DNA from: Felis catus
Lineage: Eukaryota
Length of the DNA: 64,000 nt
Direction: 5' to 3'
Assembly: GCF_018350175.1 (NCBI RefSeq)
Contig: NC_058368.1
Coordinates: forward strand, 162,442,001 to 162,506,000
The stretch's first letter is position 1; the number at the start of each line of letters is the position of its first letter. The notes under the pieces were generated by a model. That model saw only the letters and a list, made by a program, of their open reading frames with translations. It was not told where the DNA came from and ran no database searches. The position numbers and the translations under genes are program-made. This document shows, piece by piece, positions 1 to 13,845 of the stretch.

Positions 1-1082
1 GAAAAGACATTTATTTGTGAATACGTGTGATATCATGACTAAATCAAATTTTCCCTAGTGAGCAAGTGACTCATTTTATTTCATATCCTCATTTATCTTT
101 ACATTTTGTTTGTGTCTAATTTAGGAATATCAAAGATCCCTCAACAGTGATGTATTATCATACCTCTTCCTACTATACCATGGTAATATTTTCAGCAACA
201 GCTTGTATTCTGTTCTTTTCCTTCATGGCTTCTTTTTACCATACTTGTTTACCTCAGATATTTCATTATGCTGTCCTGTCCATATGACCTTATAAACAAT
301 ATTTTCTCCTCCCCTCCTGTTTCTGTCGTTAAATACTCTATTTTCCTCCCGCAAAGATCTTACACACTCTGACTGTTCCACGTTGCTATTGCCAATCACT
401 GCCACTATTCTTTTCCTTTACTTCCCTGTTCTCATCTTGAGCCTTGGATTCTGATATATGCATTAATAAAAAACTCCTGTAGTGAAAAATATGTTATCTA
501 GAATTATCTTCCCTGTGTTTTTTTTCCTACACCTACAGAGTAAGTTTACATTTTCACTCTGTGAAAGGACTGGTTTGCCAGCAGTGATACTATGAGAATT
601 TTTCCCTGGACAGTAAGATGAGCACCATGATCTGATCAATTCCTGAATGGGACATCCCTAATATATTCGTAGAGATCAGTGGGAAGCATCTTGAGTAAGT
701 CTTGATAGGGAGTTTAAGGCATAGTAACACCTGACTTCACATTCAATGAGTTTAGAAGTTTAATTCTTCTCTCAGTGTTCATTAAATGGATTAGGGGAAC
801 ATATGTAAAGGACTACTCCCTGATAACCAGGGTTTTCTTGCACTGACTGGACATGAATGAATGATACTCTAGTGAAGAAACCAAGACAATTTGTTGCTCA
901 ACTAGAGGGAAAGCTAACAAAAATAATAAGCTACTTCACTTTTCCATAGGAAAGCAAAAAGAAAGCAGAGAGTTGCTGTATTACATAAACATAAATTCCA
1001 TGATCAGTAGGTTGAATATCTCCATTGTGCTTAGGAGGAAAACAAGACTCAGAATTAAGCAAAAGCAGAGGTTGTGCCATTG

Positions 1083-1750
1083 ACTGTATTAATTTGCAAG
1101 GGCTGTTGTGACAAAATACAATGCACTGGGTTGCTTAAACAACAGAGATCTACTGTCTCATGGTTCTGGAAACTAGAAATCCAAGATCAAGGTGTCAGTA
1201 GAGTTGGTTCTTTCTGTGGCTGCGAGGGGGAAGTGTTCCAGAGCTCTCTCCTATTTTTTGATAGTTTTCTGGCATCCATTCTTCAGCTTCTGCTACATCA
1301 CTTGACCTCTACCTTCATCTTCACGTTGTGTTCTCCCTGTATGCTTGTGTCCAAATTTTCCCATTTAATATAGACATCATTGGTATTAGGAGCCCACCCT
1401 ACATTAGAATCACCTTATTTTTCTTCTTTTTTTTCCTTTTAAATACAGTATAATTAACATACAGTGTCATGTTAGTTTCAGGTGCACAATACAGTGATTT
1501 GTCAATTCTATACATTACTCAGTGCTCATCACAAGTGTACTTTTAATCCGATTTACCTATTTCATCCATCCCCCTACCGATCACCCCTCTGGTAACCACC
1601 AGTTTGTGCTCTGTAGTTAAGAGTAGTATGACCTCATCTTAACTAATTACCTCTACAATGACTCATTTTCCAAATGAGGTCACAGTCTAAGGTTCTGGGG
1701 GTTAGAATTTTAACATATGAGTTTGTGAGGACATAATTCAGCACATAACA
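1083..1750 (-). mobile_element. MLT1-family (ERVL-MaLR) solo LTR, interrupted by an L1 3' fragment
   Basis: Typical MLT1 motifs (gcttaaacaacaga, ttctggaaactagaaatccaagatcaaggtgtcag, aattcagcacataaca). Confidence 0.8.
1417..1625 (-). mobile_element. Carnivore L1 3' end fragment
   Basis: T-rich tail then ttagtttcaggtgcacaatacagtgat...ctcagtgctcatcacaag, matching an L1_Carn-type 3' UTR. Confidence 0.8.
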
Positions 1751-1859
1751 CTAGCTAATGACAGTACTCAGACATGACCTTAAAATCAAGAATTAGATTT
1801 GTTGGGAAAATGTGACCATAATTATAATGACATGGGGGCCTTTTACAAATATCTATCAC

Positions 1860-1970
1860 TGTGCCCTACTCTCAGAAGCTGTTCAGTTGGTCTGAAGCAT
1901 AACTTGTGTGTCCATATTTTTTTAAACTCCCCAGATGATTCTTAAATGCAGAAGAAATGAAAACTACTAG
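1860..1970. mobile_element. MER5-like hAT-Charlie fragment
   Basis: ttttaaactccccagatgattct motif. Confidence 0.5.
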
Positions 1971-2906
1971 GTTAAAACAATCTGAAGTCTTAGAAAACCA
2001 AAGTGGCCAACAGTTTAGGCGAAGCAATCCATTAGTTCAAACCTGATACTATTTTCCAATATTTGGAAATTTCAATGTAAGTTCAAAATTACACCTCATT
2101 TTCTCTTGAAAGCCACTAATTCATCTGGATTTACTGAATTTTATATTTTTGTTTTTAATCTTTCTCCAAATCCTATCACCTGAATGGTTTATCTCATTGA
2201 TTTACATTGTATTGCTATATGCAAGGGTCATATTAAAAATTTGCATCAGCTGACAGAGCACAGGTATTGATGCATCAGAATAGACACCAGAGTGACTGGA
2301 AGAGAAATGGTCATAAACACTGGGAAGCCATATGGCCATAAACACCGGAAGGCCATTTTAGTACATGCTGGCTAAATATCAGTACTGCAAATGTGTTTTC
2401 TCCACCTGAGACTGGCTCTGGTGTCTCTATCCACTTACTGATTTGTGACAGAAAATATTACTGCTGGGTCACAACCAAATATGAGGTAATTTCTGCTCTA
2501 AACCATGCTGAATAGTACTTTCAAAGCAATGCTTACCTAATTCAAATATCTCAGGAAGATCCAATGATAAGAAGGGAAGTTTTAGGTAAAATGATTGATT
2601 TGTTTGTAATGGAAGACCCTATCACCCTCTACAACACTTCATTTCACAGATACCCTCTTACATCTTTTACATAATCCAGTGGCTATAAGGACTGAATGGC
2701 TAAGGGACAAGGTGACCATCTGTGGTTAACGGCTCTACCTTCACACATAGCTGTTCACACATCACTCCAATCCCCTCAGTTGTCGTGGATATAAATTGGG
2801 TGACAATTCCAGTTGCCCTTGATAAAGTTCTTGGGTAAATCAGTCAGGCAGGAGCAATCTTACAAAAGCTATGAAAGGGGCTAAGCTTTTCTCCTCTATT
2901 CATGAG

Positions 2907-3106
2907 CTACATTATTTTCTCTTTTACTAGATCATGAAGATCCATTAAAACAGTTTTATAATAAGGTGTATCTAAATGTGTACATGTTGGCATATGTCCA
3001 AAAAATATTGAGGAGCTAAATTTTGCTGAGAAAATTATTATTCCCTGACGATGAAATCTCTTCAGACTGTTGAACACTAAAATGGAGCAATCTTTCTTTA
3101 AAATAG
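2907..3106 (-). CDS. Candidate terminal coding exon (A)ILKKDCSILVFNSLKRFH...DLHDLVKEKIM*
   Basis: Acceptor tttcacctccccttactcttgatag|CT. Open frame to TAG at 2907-2909. Phase 1 matches the 13846 donor. Confidence 0.5.
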
Positions 3107-3473
3107 CTATCAAGAGTAAGGGGAGGTGAAATAATATATCCTCCACCAACTCTTTGGGAAAAATAGTTCTACTTTGTCTATCAATTCAGCCCAAGGGAAT
3201 AGTTTAATGTTATTTCCACTATAGCACTCTATCACAAAGATTATCAGCTCTGAAAGAACTTAGGTAAAGAAGCTGAAAGTAGGTGCTTTCTTGTAGTCTA
3301 AAAAGACATTGTCATGGACATCAGAACCAAAGAGTTTCCTTCTCTGGTGTCAACTCTCTCCCAAAAGGTATTAAGATAGTCTAACACTTGGGAGATTTTA
3401 ATAATTTTTGTAGTTCATAATATGCCTACATTATGAACTATTTTTTCTATGTGATGTTTTCCTAAGTTTTGCC

Positions 3474-3475
<2 letters not shown>

Positions 3476-3505
<30 letters not shown>
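3476..3505. repeat. (TG)n microsatellite
   Basis: Seen directly in the sequence. Confidence 0.95.
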
Positions 3506-3508
<3 letters not shown>

Positions 3509-4190
3509 GAATATCGCAAGAATGTAATATGCTCTGGCATAAGTTACTTCTATTAAATTAGAAAATAATATTTGTAAGAGATAAAGAAATCTCTACTGTC
3601 TACATCTGTGTCATCTCAGAGTTAAACTGTAGGAGAGAGAAATAATTATTTCTGACTTTAGATAAGTAGGTGGGTAATTTCATCTCTGTTGCTGTTACAA
3701 AGTTGCCAACCAACTCAGGTGGTCAACTATCATGCATTATGAGAGCTGAAGCGTGACCTTGTCGGTCCACTTCCATTTTTGTTCTTTCCACATAGGCCAC
3801 TTCCTCTGTGGTTACAGTGCTGAAGTCAATTGCTGTTAAAACCAGATTAGCCACCATGTTGCCTTTAGGTAAAGTCCCAGGTGCCATAAAAAGATACTTT
3901 CCATATTCACTGAACTTTTATGAGTGTCATTTCTGGATTCACGTTCTGTCCGTTATTTTTATTCTATATTGCTGAACTCAACTGGAGAACATTTGTGTAG
4001 AAAAGGTTTTTCTCCCTCCATTCACTCTCTTTATATTTAAAAGTTTGCTCTTTTTCCTTTGTTTCTACTATTTTAGTGTTTTGGGCTAAAAATCTCTCAG
4101 GCACACCCCTCCTCTTCCTGACCCCAACTCTGGCACCCTGCTATCAACCTCTAAGGTCATGTGTTCTTGCCTGCCTGAGAGGGTGCTGTA

Positions 4191-4370
4191 GGTGGTGGTA
4201 TGCTGGAATCAGCTAACGTGGGTTTGTGAAAGCCAAATGTGTGCATCTTTTCCTAACTCTGTGTACAGTGACTTCATTTTGGTAGCTAAGAATTGGCCAT
4301 GGGTGGGAGTATTACTTCAGGCGTATTGGCAAACCCTATAAATCAGGGCCTTTTCTCTCATGGAGAGCAA
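4191..4370. mobile_element. MER63-like hAT DNA transposon relic
   Basis: gtggtatgctgga...ggccatgggtgggagtatt...ttggcaaac...aaatcagggc resembles the MER63A consensus. Confidence 0.7.
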
Positions 4371-4808
4371 GAACAGCTATGAAGTTTCAACTTCAAGGTC
4401 TGGGCTCCACGTTCCCACATTTTCTTGTTCTCTGAGCCAAGAATAGCAACCCTAGTGACTTTTGTCATCCTGCAATGCTGCCTTATTTGCTAGTGTAGGA
4501 TATTATAAATATTTTATTATATCAAGTGCATTTGTTTTTAGTATATCAACAAAATAAATTCTAAGAAAATGAATTACTCAGTCAAAAAATGCATGAAAGA
4601 AGCATTTGATTTTATTACACAATGCCAAATTGTCCTGTATTTTAAGATTTTGCACTTCTGCTAATGGTGCAGAGACATGCACATTTGTTTCTCCATAGTG
4701 TCACAAGGATTTTGTGTCCTCATGTATTATTTCACCATTTGGAGAGGTGAGAAATATATTTTTCTTTGTTTTTTATTTCCTCATTACATTTTATATAGAC
4801 CTTTCTTA

Positions 4809-5949
4809 TGATGAGGGAGCATAAGGCAAGCTGAGGGCCAAACACAAACTAACAGCACCTCCCACCACCAGTGTGATATGTGTGATATTCCTCAGGTATA
4901 GGAGGCTGCCCAAGAACAGGGGAAAGGAAAGAAAACAAATGGTTGACTGATAGAGATCACAGTCATACAGGACAGGAGTCTCCTTCAGTTTTCAGATAAC
5001 TTAGTAAACTACAAGAAAAAGGCAAACTTATCTATAGCCGAAGCTCCAGAAACCTATAGATTCCATTTCCTGGAATGTCACCCTTATCAAGATGTAAGGG
5101 GGTTTAAATGCTTGCCATGGTGATGCGGGAAACAAAGGTAAATAAAAAAATTAAATTCCCTCACTGCCTATGGCCCACTGACAAGTTCATGAAACAGGCA
5201 GAGTGACCTTCCTCTAGGAGCTCAGCTGCCTCAGTGATGACACTTTGCTAGGGGCAAAAAGGCAAGGTTAGCTTAACATTATCCCAACCTCCAGGATCCT
5301 GTGAGTCTACATTAACATGTAAAAATTCCTTTGGGGGGCACCTGGGTGGCTCCGTAGGTTAAGCGTCCAACTTCAGCTCAGGTCATGATCTCACGGTCTG
5401 TGAGTTCGAGCCCCGCTTTGGGCTCTGTGCTGACAGCTCAGAGCCTGGAGCCTGCTTCGGATTCTGTGTCTCCCTTTCTCTCTGCCCCTCCCCCATTCAT
5501 GCTCTGTCTCTGTCTCAAAAATAAATAAACATTAAAAAAAATTAAAAATAAAAATTCCTTTGGAAACTTCCTTTATCTGAACCCCCCAACCCCAAGATAT
5601 ATGTTGGTAATCATACTCCAGGCATGGCCCCTGATATACATCTGAAGGGTCTCATGACTGAGGTTTCACTAAACAGTAATAAATGATGTTTTCCTAACAA
5701 CAGCTAACCTCTCAAGGTCCTGGAAGCCTTGCTTCCAAAATTCCTTAGAGGCTTATGCTCTCTCTAACCCCTGCCCAACCTGAAGGTATATAATCAGTCA
5801 TTCTTCACAACCCCAGTGCAGCACTTTCTTCCCATGAGTTCTGTCCCTGTGCTTTAATAAAATCACCTTTTTTTTGTAGGAAAGATGTCTTCAAGAATTC
5901 TCTTTTGGCCATCAGCTCTGAACCCCACCATCACCCCAAAACCCCATCA
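4809..5949 (+). mobile_element. ERV solo LTR (carnivore type) containing a SINE
   Basis: Inverted termini TGATG...CATCA, TATA-like ggtatataat near 5785, AATAAA near 5856. TSD not evident. Confidence 0.75.
5334..5548 (+). mobile_element. Can-SINE (SINEC) inserted in the LTR
   Basis: tRNA-derived head, (CT)n, A tail. TSD aaaaattcctttgg. Confidence 0.95.
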
Positions 5950-5984
5950 CGTTGGTCATTTAATATTTGTTACTTGTTTTTTTT

Positions 5985-7190
5985 TCTAGCATTTCTTTTG
6001 ATTCTTTCTTAGAACTTCCATGTCTCTGCTTACATTAACCATGCATTCTTTCATGTTGTCCACTTTTTCTGCTAGAGTAGAGCCATTGCCATATTAATCA
6101 TAGTTATTTTAAATTCCCAGTCTGATAGTTCCAATCTCTGCCATAGCTGAGATTTTGATGTCTTCTTTGTTTTTTCAGACTGGGGTGATTTTTTTTCTTT
6201 TAGAATGCCTTGTCATGTTTTGTTGAAAGCCAGGCATGATGTAACAGATAAGAGAAACCTAGGTAAATTGGCTTTTTAGTGTGACATTTTATGTTATCTG
6301 TCCAGGAGTTGGGCTGTTTTTACTGTTTGCTATGACTGTAGCTGTCAGAGGCTAAACTTTCTCTAGTGTCTTTGTTTTTGTCTCTTCTGTTGTCCCTAGG
6401 TTTCTCTGGAGACTTCTTAAATTGAGTAGTTCTTTCAGCTTTAATCTCCCGTTATTATACAGGATCCCAATTGATGTGATAGTAAGATGTGTGGGACAAG
6501 AAGCATCTCCAATCCTACAAATAAGTTTCCTTCTTTGAGTGAATCTGTGTCTCCATGCTGTGATGTTCACAGGTACTTCTCACCTTTGTGTCTCCTCCAC
6601 CTTAGGTGACACAGGATAGTAAAAGGGGGCTAGAATTGGGTATTTCTCTTCTCCCAATTCAGCTAGGCTCTGGTAAAATCCAAACTGCTTAGGCTCTGGT
6701 GTAACAGTTTCCTTGTAGGACAGACATTTCTTTTAAGGAGAACATAAGCTCTGGATGTATTTCAAAATGGGTCCCTTTTTTGCCCCTCCCCCTGCTGGAA
6801 GTATGAGAAGACTGTTCTCCAGTTTTCATTAAAAGAACCTGGTGAGGTTTCTGGCAGTCAAACTCATGAAAATGCGGCAGCCCATGTATGGTTGAGCCCT
6901 TAGGAGGTTTTTTTCTCTCAAGCTGGTCCATGTCCAGTCTCCAGCTATTAGTCTCTTGCCCTTTAAATAGTCCTACTGCTGCTGGCTCCAGATGATGGCA
7001 TTTATTCCCCCTTGTAAGCTCTAATTCTCTATATTCATCTATTTCTCTAGTTTTCAGGGCAACAGTCTACCATGATCTCAATTTTCTGATAGATTTTAAG
7101 AGAACTGTTGATTTTCAGGCTTTTTTCAGCTTTTTTCTTATTGTGAAGATGGAGCTGAGGTCTTCCAAACTCTTTACATGTCAGACTAGC
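5985..7190 (-). mobile_element. Ancient L1 (L1MC/L1MD-like) 5' region
   Basis: Typical old L1 5' end text (ccaaactctttacatgtc, gattctttcttagaacttccatgtctctgct). Confidence 0.6.
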
Positions 7191-7497
7191 TCATTTTATA
7201 TGTATTTTTTTCAGTAAACCTCTCTTAATTGTTAGCACATTTAAAATTATCAAGCCATTCTGAACCTATGTCATTTCTCCGTTGAAAAAGAAGATTTAGT
7301 ATACAGATGAGAGGCTAAGAAGTCAGATTTACATTGCACATTCCATGACTAACTATAGTATTTTCAACTAAGACCTTGGGGACACAATTAACCTATCTTC
7401 ACATCAGTTTCTCTTCCATAAAATGAGAGTAGTAATTCTCTTATAAGATGTAGATGATTGTATGTTCTCTTATTTGGTAAGTAGTAGATATCTAGAC

Positions 7498-7714
7498 TTG
7501 AGGCTGGCAAACTAAGGCCTATAGTTTAAATTCAGCTCACAACCCGTTTTGATAATTAAACTTTTATTGAAACACAGCCATGCTCATTTATTTATTGTCT
7601 GTGGTTCTTTTGCATTACAACGACCAAAGAGATGAGTAGCTGTGATAGAGAGTGTATGGAACACAATGTCTAAAATATTTATCATCCAGCATTTTACAGA
7701 AAACTTGCCGTCCA
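7498..7714. mobile_element. MER58A-like hAT relic (MIR-like remnant just upstream, about 7300-7460)
   Basis: ggcaaacta...ttttattgaaacacagccatgctcattt...tttacagaaaa. Confidence 0.8.
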
Positions 7715-7755
7715 ATTGTGTTGTCCACATTGGACATATCCACCACTGTGTAAGT

Positions 7756-8170
7756 CAGTGATTCCCCAACTTTACCAGACATCAGAACCACCTGGAAAGT
7801 TTCTTAGAGTATAGATTATTGAACCCCAACTCCAGAGTTTCTTTTTTTACATTCATTTATTTTTGAGAGGCAGAGAGACAGAGCACAAGTGGGGAGGGGG
7901 CAGAGAGAGAAAGAGACAGAATCCAAAGCAGGCTCCAAGCTCTGAACTGTCAGCACAGAGCCTGACGTGGGGCTCGAACCCATGAACCATGAAATCATGA
8001 CCTGAGCCAAAGCCAGACGCTTAACCAGCTGAGCCACCTAGGTGCCCCACCCCAACTCCAGAGTTTCTGATTAAGTAGACATTGGTTGGAGCCTGAGAAT
8101 TTGCAGTTCTAATAAATTGTCAGGTGATACTGATTTGCCAGTCCAGGAATCACACTTTGAGAATCATTGA
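7756..8170. mobile_element. MER5A-like element split by a SINE
   Basis: cagtgattccccaac...catcagaaccacctgga...cacactttgagaatcattg. Confidence 0.75.
7841..8048 (-). mobile_element. Can-SINE
   Basis: Reverse SINEC. 20-bp TSD accccaactccagagtttct. Confidence 0.95.
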
Positions 8171-9747
8171 TCTAAGCTGTTCTCCAAAAGAACTACAAAT
8201 AACCTAAGAGGTTGAAATTTATATCTACTGTCTTTTCCCTGAACTCAGATAAAAGTATTTTGTTTGGAGTCTGTTGTTCATGGAAGAAAAAAAAGAAAAA
8301 AGAAACCTAAACTGAGGTACATGCCTGAGAGTGCTAAAGAGGCTCTCCACTCTTTAACACCTCACCTGGAATCTCTCTAATTTCTCCCTTGTCTCCACCT
8401 GTGTAAGCCATTAAATGTTCCCAGCATCCTCCCTCCTCCGGCTCCACCCCTGGGGCGTCACCCAGCAGCATCTTCACCATCAGGTAGCCTCCTAGAATCC
8501 ATTGTCTTTATAGTGTTCTCACAGAGGTAAGAACAGATATTTTGTAACATTGTCCTGGGAATCTCTGGGTAACAATATGTGAAAGTGGAAGAAGCTTTGC
8601 TTGTGAAGGTAGGAGTTAGACCATTTTCTATGGGAGGTTATTCTTTTTGACAATGTCCAAATTATCATACCATGAATTTCATGTACATTGTAGTTGCTTT
8701 GATTTTGTTGTCAGACAAAGGCATATGCATTTGTACCTATTACTTGCGGGGATGTGAGCTGATCCTGTCTCTGCATTTAAAGTGAAAGAAACATGCATTG
8801 TAAACTATCAACTGCAGCTATGTTTTTGTTTCATATTACAGTTATTTAGATTTTAAAAGTTGTAAAATGATTTAAAATTAAGTTTTCAGTAAGGCCTCTT
8901 AAAATTTCATAAATTCACAATTAGACAATTAACTATTGAGCATTGCAATATAAAAGACACTGATATAAATGAGATTGGTAATATTGACTTTTGATATTTT
9001 TATATAAAGGAATGGTATAATTAATGTATAAGAAGTACAATAAATATTGAGGAATTTAGTGTATAAATAATAAAATGATGCAGGCTGAGATAATTGTTCT
9101 TAAAATGCATAAACGTATGAGAGGTCAAAGCAGAGGAGAAACACCTGTGGTGAGGAACATCCAGCAGTTACCCTAAGGATGTAATGTCAGCAGCAAGTCT
9201 TGAATAATGGCAGTATTTCCACAGGTGGGCCTGTTACAGGAGGGCATTTAAGAGAATAGAAACCACAGGATCAAAAGCAAGGAGTCAGAAAAGTTGGAGT
9301 TATTTGGGATAGCAGATAGTTTTATTCAGCTGTAGATACATAGGGCAGAAATAGGTGATGAAACAAATAAATGTGGGTTTTGTGGAATATTTACTTGATT
9401 TGGGTTGGGATAAATAGCAATTTTGAGCCAGAAAAGATGTGTTCAGAGATAAAGTACATGTTGCCAAATCTGTCAAGGATTTTTTAACTATGTGGGAATA
9501 AATTAAAAAATAAAATTATGAGCATCTGAAATAGGATAGCAGCAGTTATAAAAAAAAGGTGACAAATTCAGTACTATTTACATGGAAGATATATATAGTG
9601 GTATAGAGTCAGAGGTTTAATACGCATCATTTCGGTATGTATACAATTATAAACGGACAGGAAAAAACAAGTATACAGGTTTGTCCCTATATAGCTAACA
9701 TATAGTAGAAACATTGAAATACACATGCCAAATATTAAGAACAGGAG

Positions 9748-9935
9748 GTGGAGTGACTGAGTGGCTCAGTCTGTTAAACATCTGACTTCAACTCAGGTTA
9801 TGATCTCATGATTCCCAAGTTTGAGCCCCACGTCGGACTCTCTGGTGTCAGCACAGAGCCTGCTTCAGATCCTCTGACTCCCTCTCTCTCTCTGCCTCTC
9901 TCTCTCTCTAAAAAATAAACATTTAAAAAAGAAAA
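9748..9935 (+). mobile_element. Can-SINE (older)
   Basis: gtggctcagtctgttaa head, CT tract, A tail. Confidence 0.9.
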
Positions 9936-10374
9936 TAAGGAGGCTTTCTTAGAGGTGATATCAATGATTTTTGTTTTTCCTTTTAGCTCTTTTCTAATTT
10001 TTCTGAAATACTATGGGAGTTGAATTATAAAAATCTTGAAATATTTATTTTAGGTTCATGTGTGTACTCAACTGAGTGTCATTATTAATCTAGGCTATTT
10101 TTTTAAATAGCCTCCTTAATGTGTGTGATGATGGATTTGTTAGGTCAAAGGAAGTATCCCAGCATAGTAATGTTGACTACTCACTTGTTAACATTATTTG
10201 AGTCACTTTCATTACTTGATACTAACATGCTATATGCTCTAATACCAGTATAGGCAATTTTCCCACCTAACATTTTTATTTATCATGAAAACTAGTAAAT
10301 GTTTCCTGGGACACAAACATGAAAACTAGTAAGGATAAAAGTTTAAAAATTTACCACATTTTAGAGAACCCAAT

Positions 10375-10565
10375 TTTATTTTTTTATTTTTTTTATTTTT
10401 TATTTTTTTTAAATTTTTTAATGCTTATTTTTATTTTTATTTAAAAATTTTTTTAGATATATGAAATTTATTGACAAATTGGTTTCCATACAACACCCAG
10501 TGCTCATCCCAATAGGTGCCCTCCTCAATACCCATCACCCACCCTCTCCTCCCTCCCACCCCCCT
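10375..10565 (-). mobile_element. 5'-truncated L1_Fc 3' end
   Basis: Long T-rich tail plus gaaatttattgacaaattggtttccatacaacacccagtgctcatccc, near-identical to the 3' end of the L1 at 44891. Confidence 0.9.
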
Positions 10566-10770
10566 ATTTTTTTTAATAATGGAACTTGTAACATAATTAA
10601 TTTTTTTTAGTTAACCATGTAAAAACAACACTATTATGCTTGAATGCCAAAAGACGCGTTCTTACATAACTAGAATTGATTGGTTGATGTGGGAAGAAGT
10701 AATGGAGATAAAATATGTTAGTGATGGATGTGACTTTTGTTGGGATTATGGTGGTTCTATTTACATTTTA

Positions 10771-10980
10771 TTTATTTTTTTTTATTTTTTAATGATTATT
10801 TTTGAGAGGGAGAAAGAGCATGAGCGTGAGAGGGGCAGAGAGAGAGGGAGACACAGAAGCCAAAGCAGGTTCCAGGCTCTGAGCTGTCAGCACAGAGCCC
10901 GACATGGGGTACGAACCCGTGAAATGTGATGACCTGAGCTGAAGTCAGATGCTTAATCCACTGAGCCACCTGGGAGCCCC
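10771..10980 (-). mobile_element. Can-SINE
   Basis: TSD ctatttacatttta. Confidence 0.95.
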
Positions 10981-11075
10981 TATTTACATTTTATTCAATA
11001 TTTGTCTGTTTCCAAAGCATTCACTACAAAGCATAAAACACAAATTCCTAAAATAATATGAAACATTCTGAGAGA

Positions 11076-11580
11076 GTGTGATGGCTGATTTTTGTGTCAA
11101 TTTGACTAGGTTAAGAAATTGACAGATACCTGGTAAAACATTTCTGAGTGTGTCTCTCAAAGTGTTTCTAGGAGAGATTAGCATTTGATTTAGTGAACTG
11201 AGTAAAGCAGATAGCCCTCCAAAAGGTGAGTGTGCAGCATCCAGCCCCTGAGGGCCCACATGGAGCAAAAGGCAGAGAAAGGGCTAATTTGCTCTCTCTA
11301 AGCTGAGATTCATCTTCAGCCCTCAGACATAGGTGGTTTGCTCAGATCTCAGGCTTTCAGGCTCAGACCAGGATTGACACCACCAGCACCTGTTTCACCA
11401 CCTATCCCAACTCTAAGATTTCAGAATCAGACTAAATATATACCAGTAGGTTCCCTGGTTCTCCAGACACCAATTATGAGACTTTAGTTTCCACAATCGT
11501 GTAAGCCAGTTCCTTTAATGGACCTCCTCCTTCCCTTTCTCCCTTCTTTTGATGCTGTTTCTCTGGAGAGCCTTGACAAA
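11076..11580 (+). mobile_element. MLT2-family (ERVL) solo LTR
   Basis: tgtgatggctgatttttgtgtcaatttgact start, ctgtttctctggagag end. Confidence 0.85.
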
Positions 11581-11789
11581 GGGCATCATGAAAGTGATAG
11601 GCATGTACTATCTGTAAGGTTATTACATTCATATGGGTAGAAACATAAGGCTCAGACTTCTGATAAATAAGTTACTTGAAATATAAGACTCACATAATGA
11701 ACCGCTTAAAATAAACGCACACACAGACATCCACACATGCACACACCATAATTTGAACTGCTGGTGTGGATTTAGTGTGTGGTTCATGA

Positions 11790-12320
11790 TAAGATCTGGA
11801 TAATACATAGTCCCTGTCCTGGAATACCGTACAATATTGGAGGCTTATACATTCATAAGCAAAAATAAAATCTGGCAAGTGTTTCATAAAGAAGTATACA
11901 AAAGTCTATTGTAAAACAGGGTAAAAAACACAAATTACTTGCCAGGGAGTTAGGGAAGAATTTATCAGGGGAATGGATATTTGAACTTGATGAATTGTTT
12001 GAAAGGGGAATAGAAAGTCAGGATAAATAGTCAAAGGAGAAAACTGTGCAAGAAAGACATTAAATAATATAACATACTCCCCAAATAAAGAGATATTCAT
12101 TATGACCAGGACATACTGTAAGCTTGGGTAGAGGCAGAAAATGAAGCAGGATTAAGTTAAGACAGATGGGGTCTGACAGTAAAGTTCTATAAACTAAACA
12201 GTTTGAGTCATATCCTGATGTCATAGGACTTCCTAAAGATGTTCTAAGTGAAAAATGACTGTTTTTCACTTTCCAGAGAAATAAGTTTGGTATCAATACA
12301 GCATAATGGAGGGAAAGGAG
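11790..12320 (+). mobile_element. L2 relic
   Basis: Degenerate purine-rich L2 3' text (agtccctgtcctgga...). Confidence 0.5.
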
Positions 12321-12348
12321 AAAGCTTCATTATAGAAAGGACAATTAA

Positions 12349-12570
12349 TGGGGAGCCTAGGTGGCTCAGTCAGTTAAGTGTCCACCTCTTGATTTCGGTC
12401 AGATCATGATCACACAGTTTCATGAGTGTGAGCCCCATGTCTGGCTCCGTGTTGACGGTGCAGTGCGGAGCCTGCTTAGAATTCTGTCTCCCTCTTTCTC
12501 TCCCCCTACCCCGCTTGTGCTGTCTCTGTCTCTCTCAAAATAAATAAATAAATAAACGTACAAAAAGAAT
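12349..12570 (+). mobile_element. Can-SINE
   Basis: SINEC body. TSD aggacaattaa. Confidence 0.9.
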
Positions 12571-13845
12571 TTAGAGAGGACAATTAAGAAGCTTGTGAAT
12601 TAATCACCCTGAGATAAGTTTGTATGTTTTGTTCTCTCTAGACTAGGAAACTATTTACGCTATATTTCTCAACATTTTATTATTAGCTAGGTGATTATAA
12701 TTTCTGTGTAGAGTTATAATCTCTCATATTGCCAAACGTGTGTAGGTGGTAACTGAACCTGAATGAAAGGAAAGTGTTTGACTTTATAAATGTTTAGTGT
12801 GGCATGTTTTTTTTCTATGGATACCATATTCCAACCACTAGATCTGAGGGGGGTGGGGTATGATAGAGGGCAGTGTTCAGGGACTGTTTTCTCAGGGTTA
12901 TCACCTAAATCATTTGCTTTCCCACAATTAGTTTTTCTCTTGTCACCAAACCATTTTACTTATTCTCTAGTACAAAAAAATTGACTTCTATATTTTTCTC
13001 CATTATGCCAAGTATTTTTATCCATAAGCTTAATGCTTGGGACTTTCATAAATTTTTCCAAAGATACTACAAAGCTAGTATTTACAGAGGTGTGAGGGGG
13101 GCTGGGAAGGGATGCCAGGATCAAAATAACAAATCAAAACTTGCTTTTCAAGCTTTTCTTTTCTTTTTTTTTTTTTTTCTGCCATGACCTCCGAAAATCT
13201 ACTCTGAAACTTCCATGTCAGGAATGGTCTTTTCTTTGTTAATGCCTTTCTGTAGGATTAACTGTTTCCTGAGGACAGTGGTTCTACTTCTTAGACTTTC
13301 TATCCAGGGGAGTGCTAAGATTAAGGAACTAGAAACTGTCACTCAGCACAGTGAGCTTCCCCAGTGGGTGTGGTCCTGGGCAGTGTCCCAGGGATTCCTT
13401 CTGTCAATACTGCCTTGCATCTCCACTTATCAGATGTTTCCTTTGGGATTCTGCAGCATTCACTCATTGACCTGCTTTTGTGTTGCTTACCCTTCAAAAG
13501 TGCTGTTTTCTTTTTATTAAAGGAAATTTAAACTTGTGTCTGCGGAATTATTAGACAAGGTGATTGCTTAGAAAGTGGTCCTTTTGGCAGCTGGGTTGAG
13601 AAACCATTTTTAGGTCCCTTTCCTTACAGTACCTATATGATCCAGTTCTATATAGTACTTTGATAAGAGGGTATTTAAAAAATCAGAATATTTAAAGATG
13701 TGTTTAATGCAAAATGTTCTTAATGGACTTGGGTTACTTTCTGAAAACTACTTGATAGTCTGGCCCTATTTAAACCAGAGAATAAGCTCTGTCTGCCGTT
13801 TTAGGAAATAAGAATAACCTAGTTATCACATATTTGCAGTCATAC

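Noticed and set aside
13523..13559. Plus-strand small exon candidate KFKLVSAELLDK (also 2931-2965, DHEDPLKQFYNK)
   Set aside because: Weak donors (gtgatt, gtgtat) and no supporting chain of plus-strand exons found.
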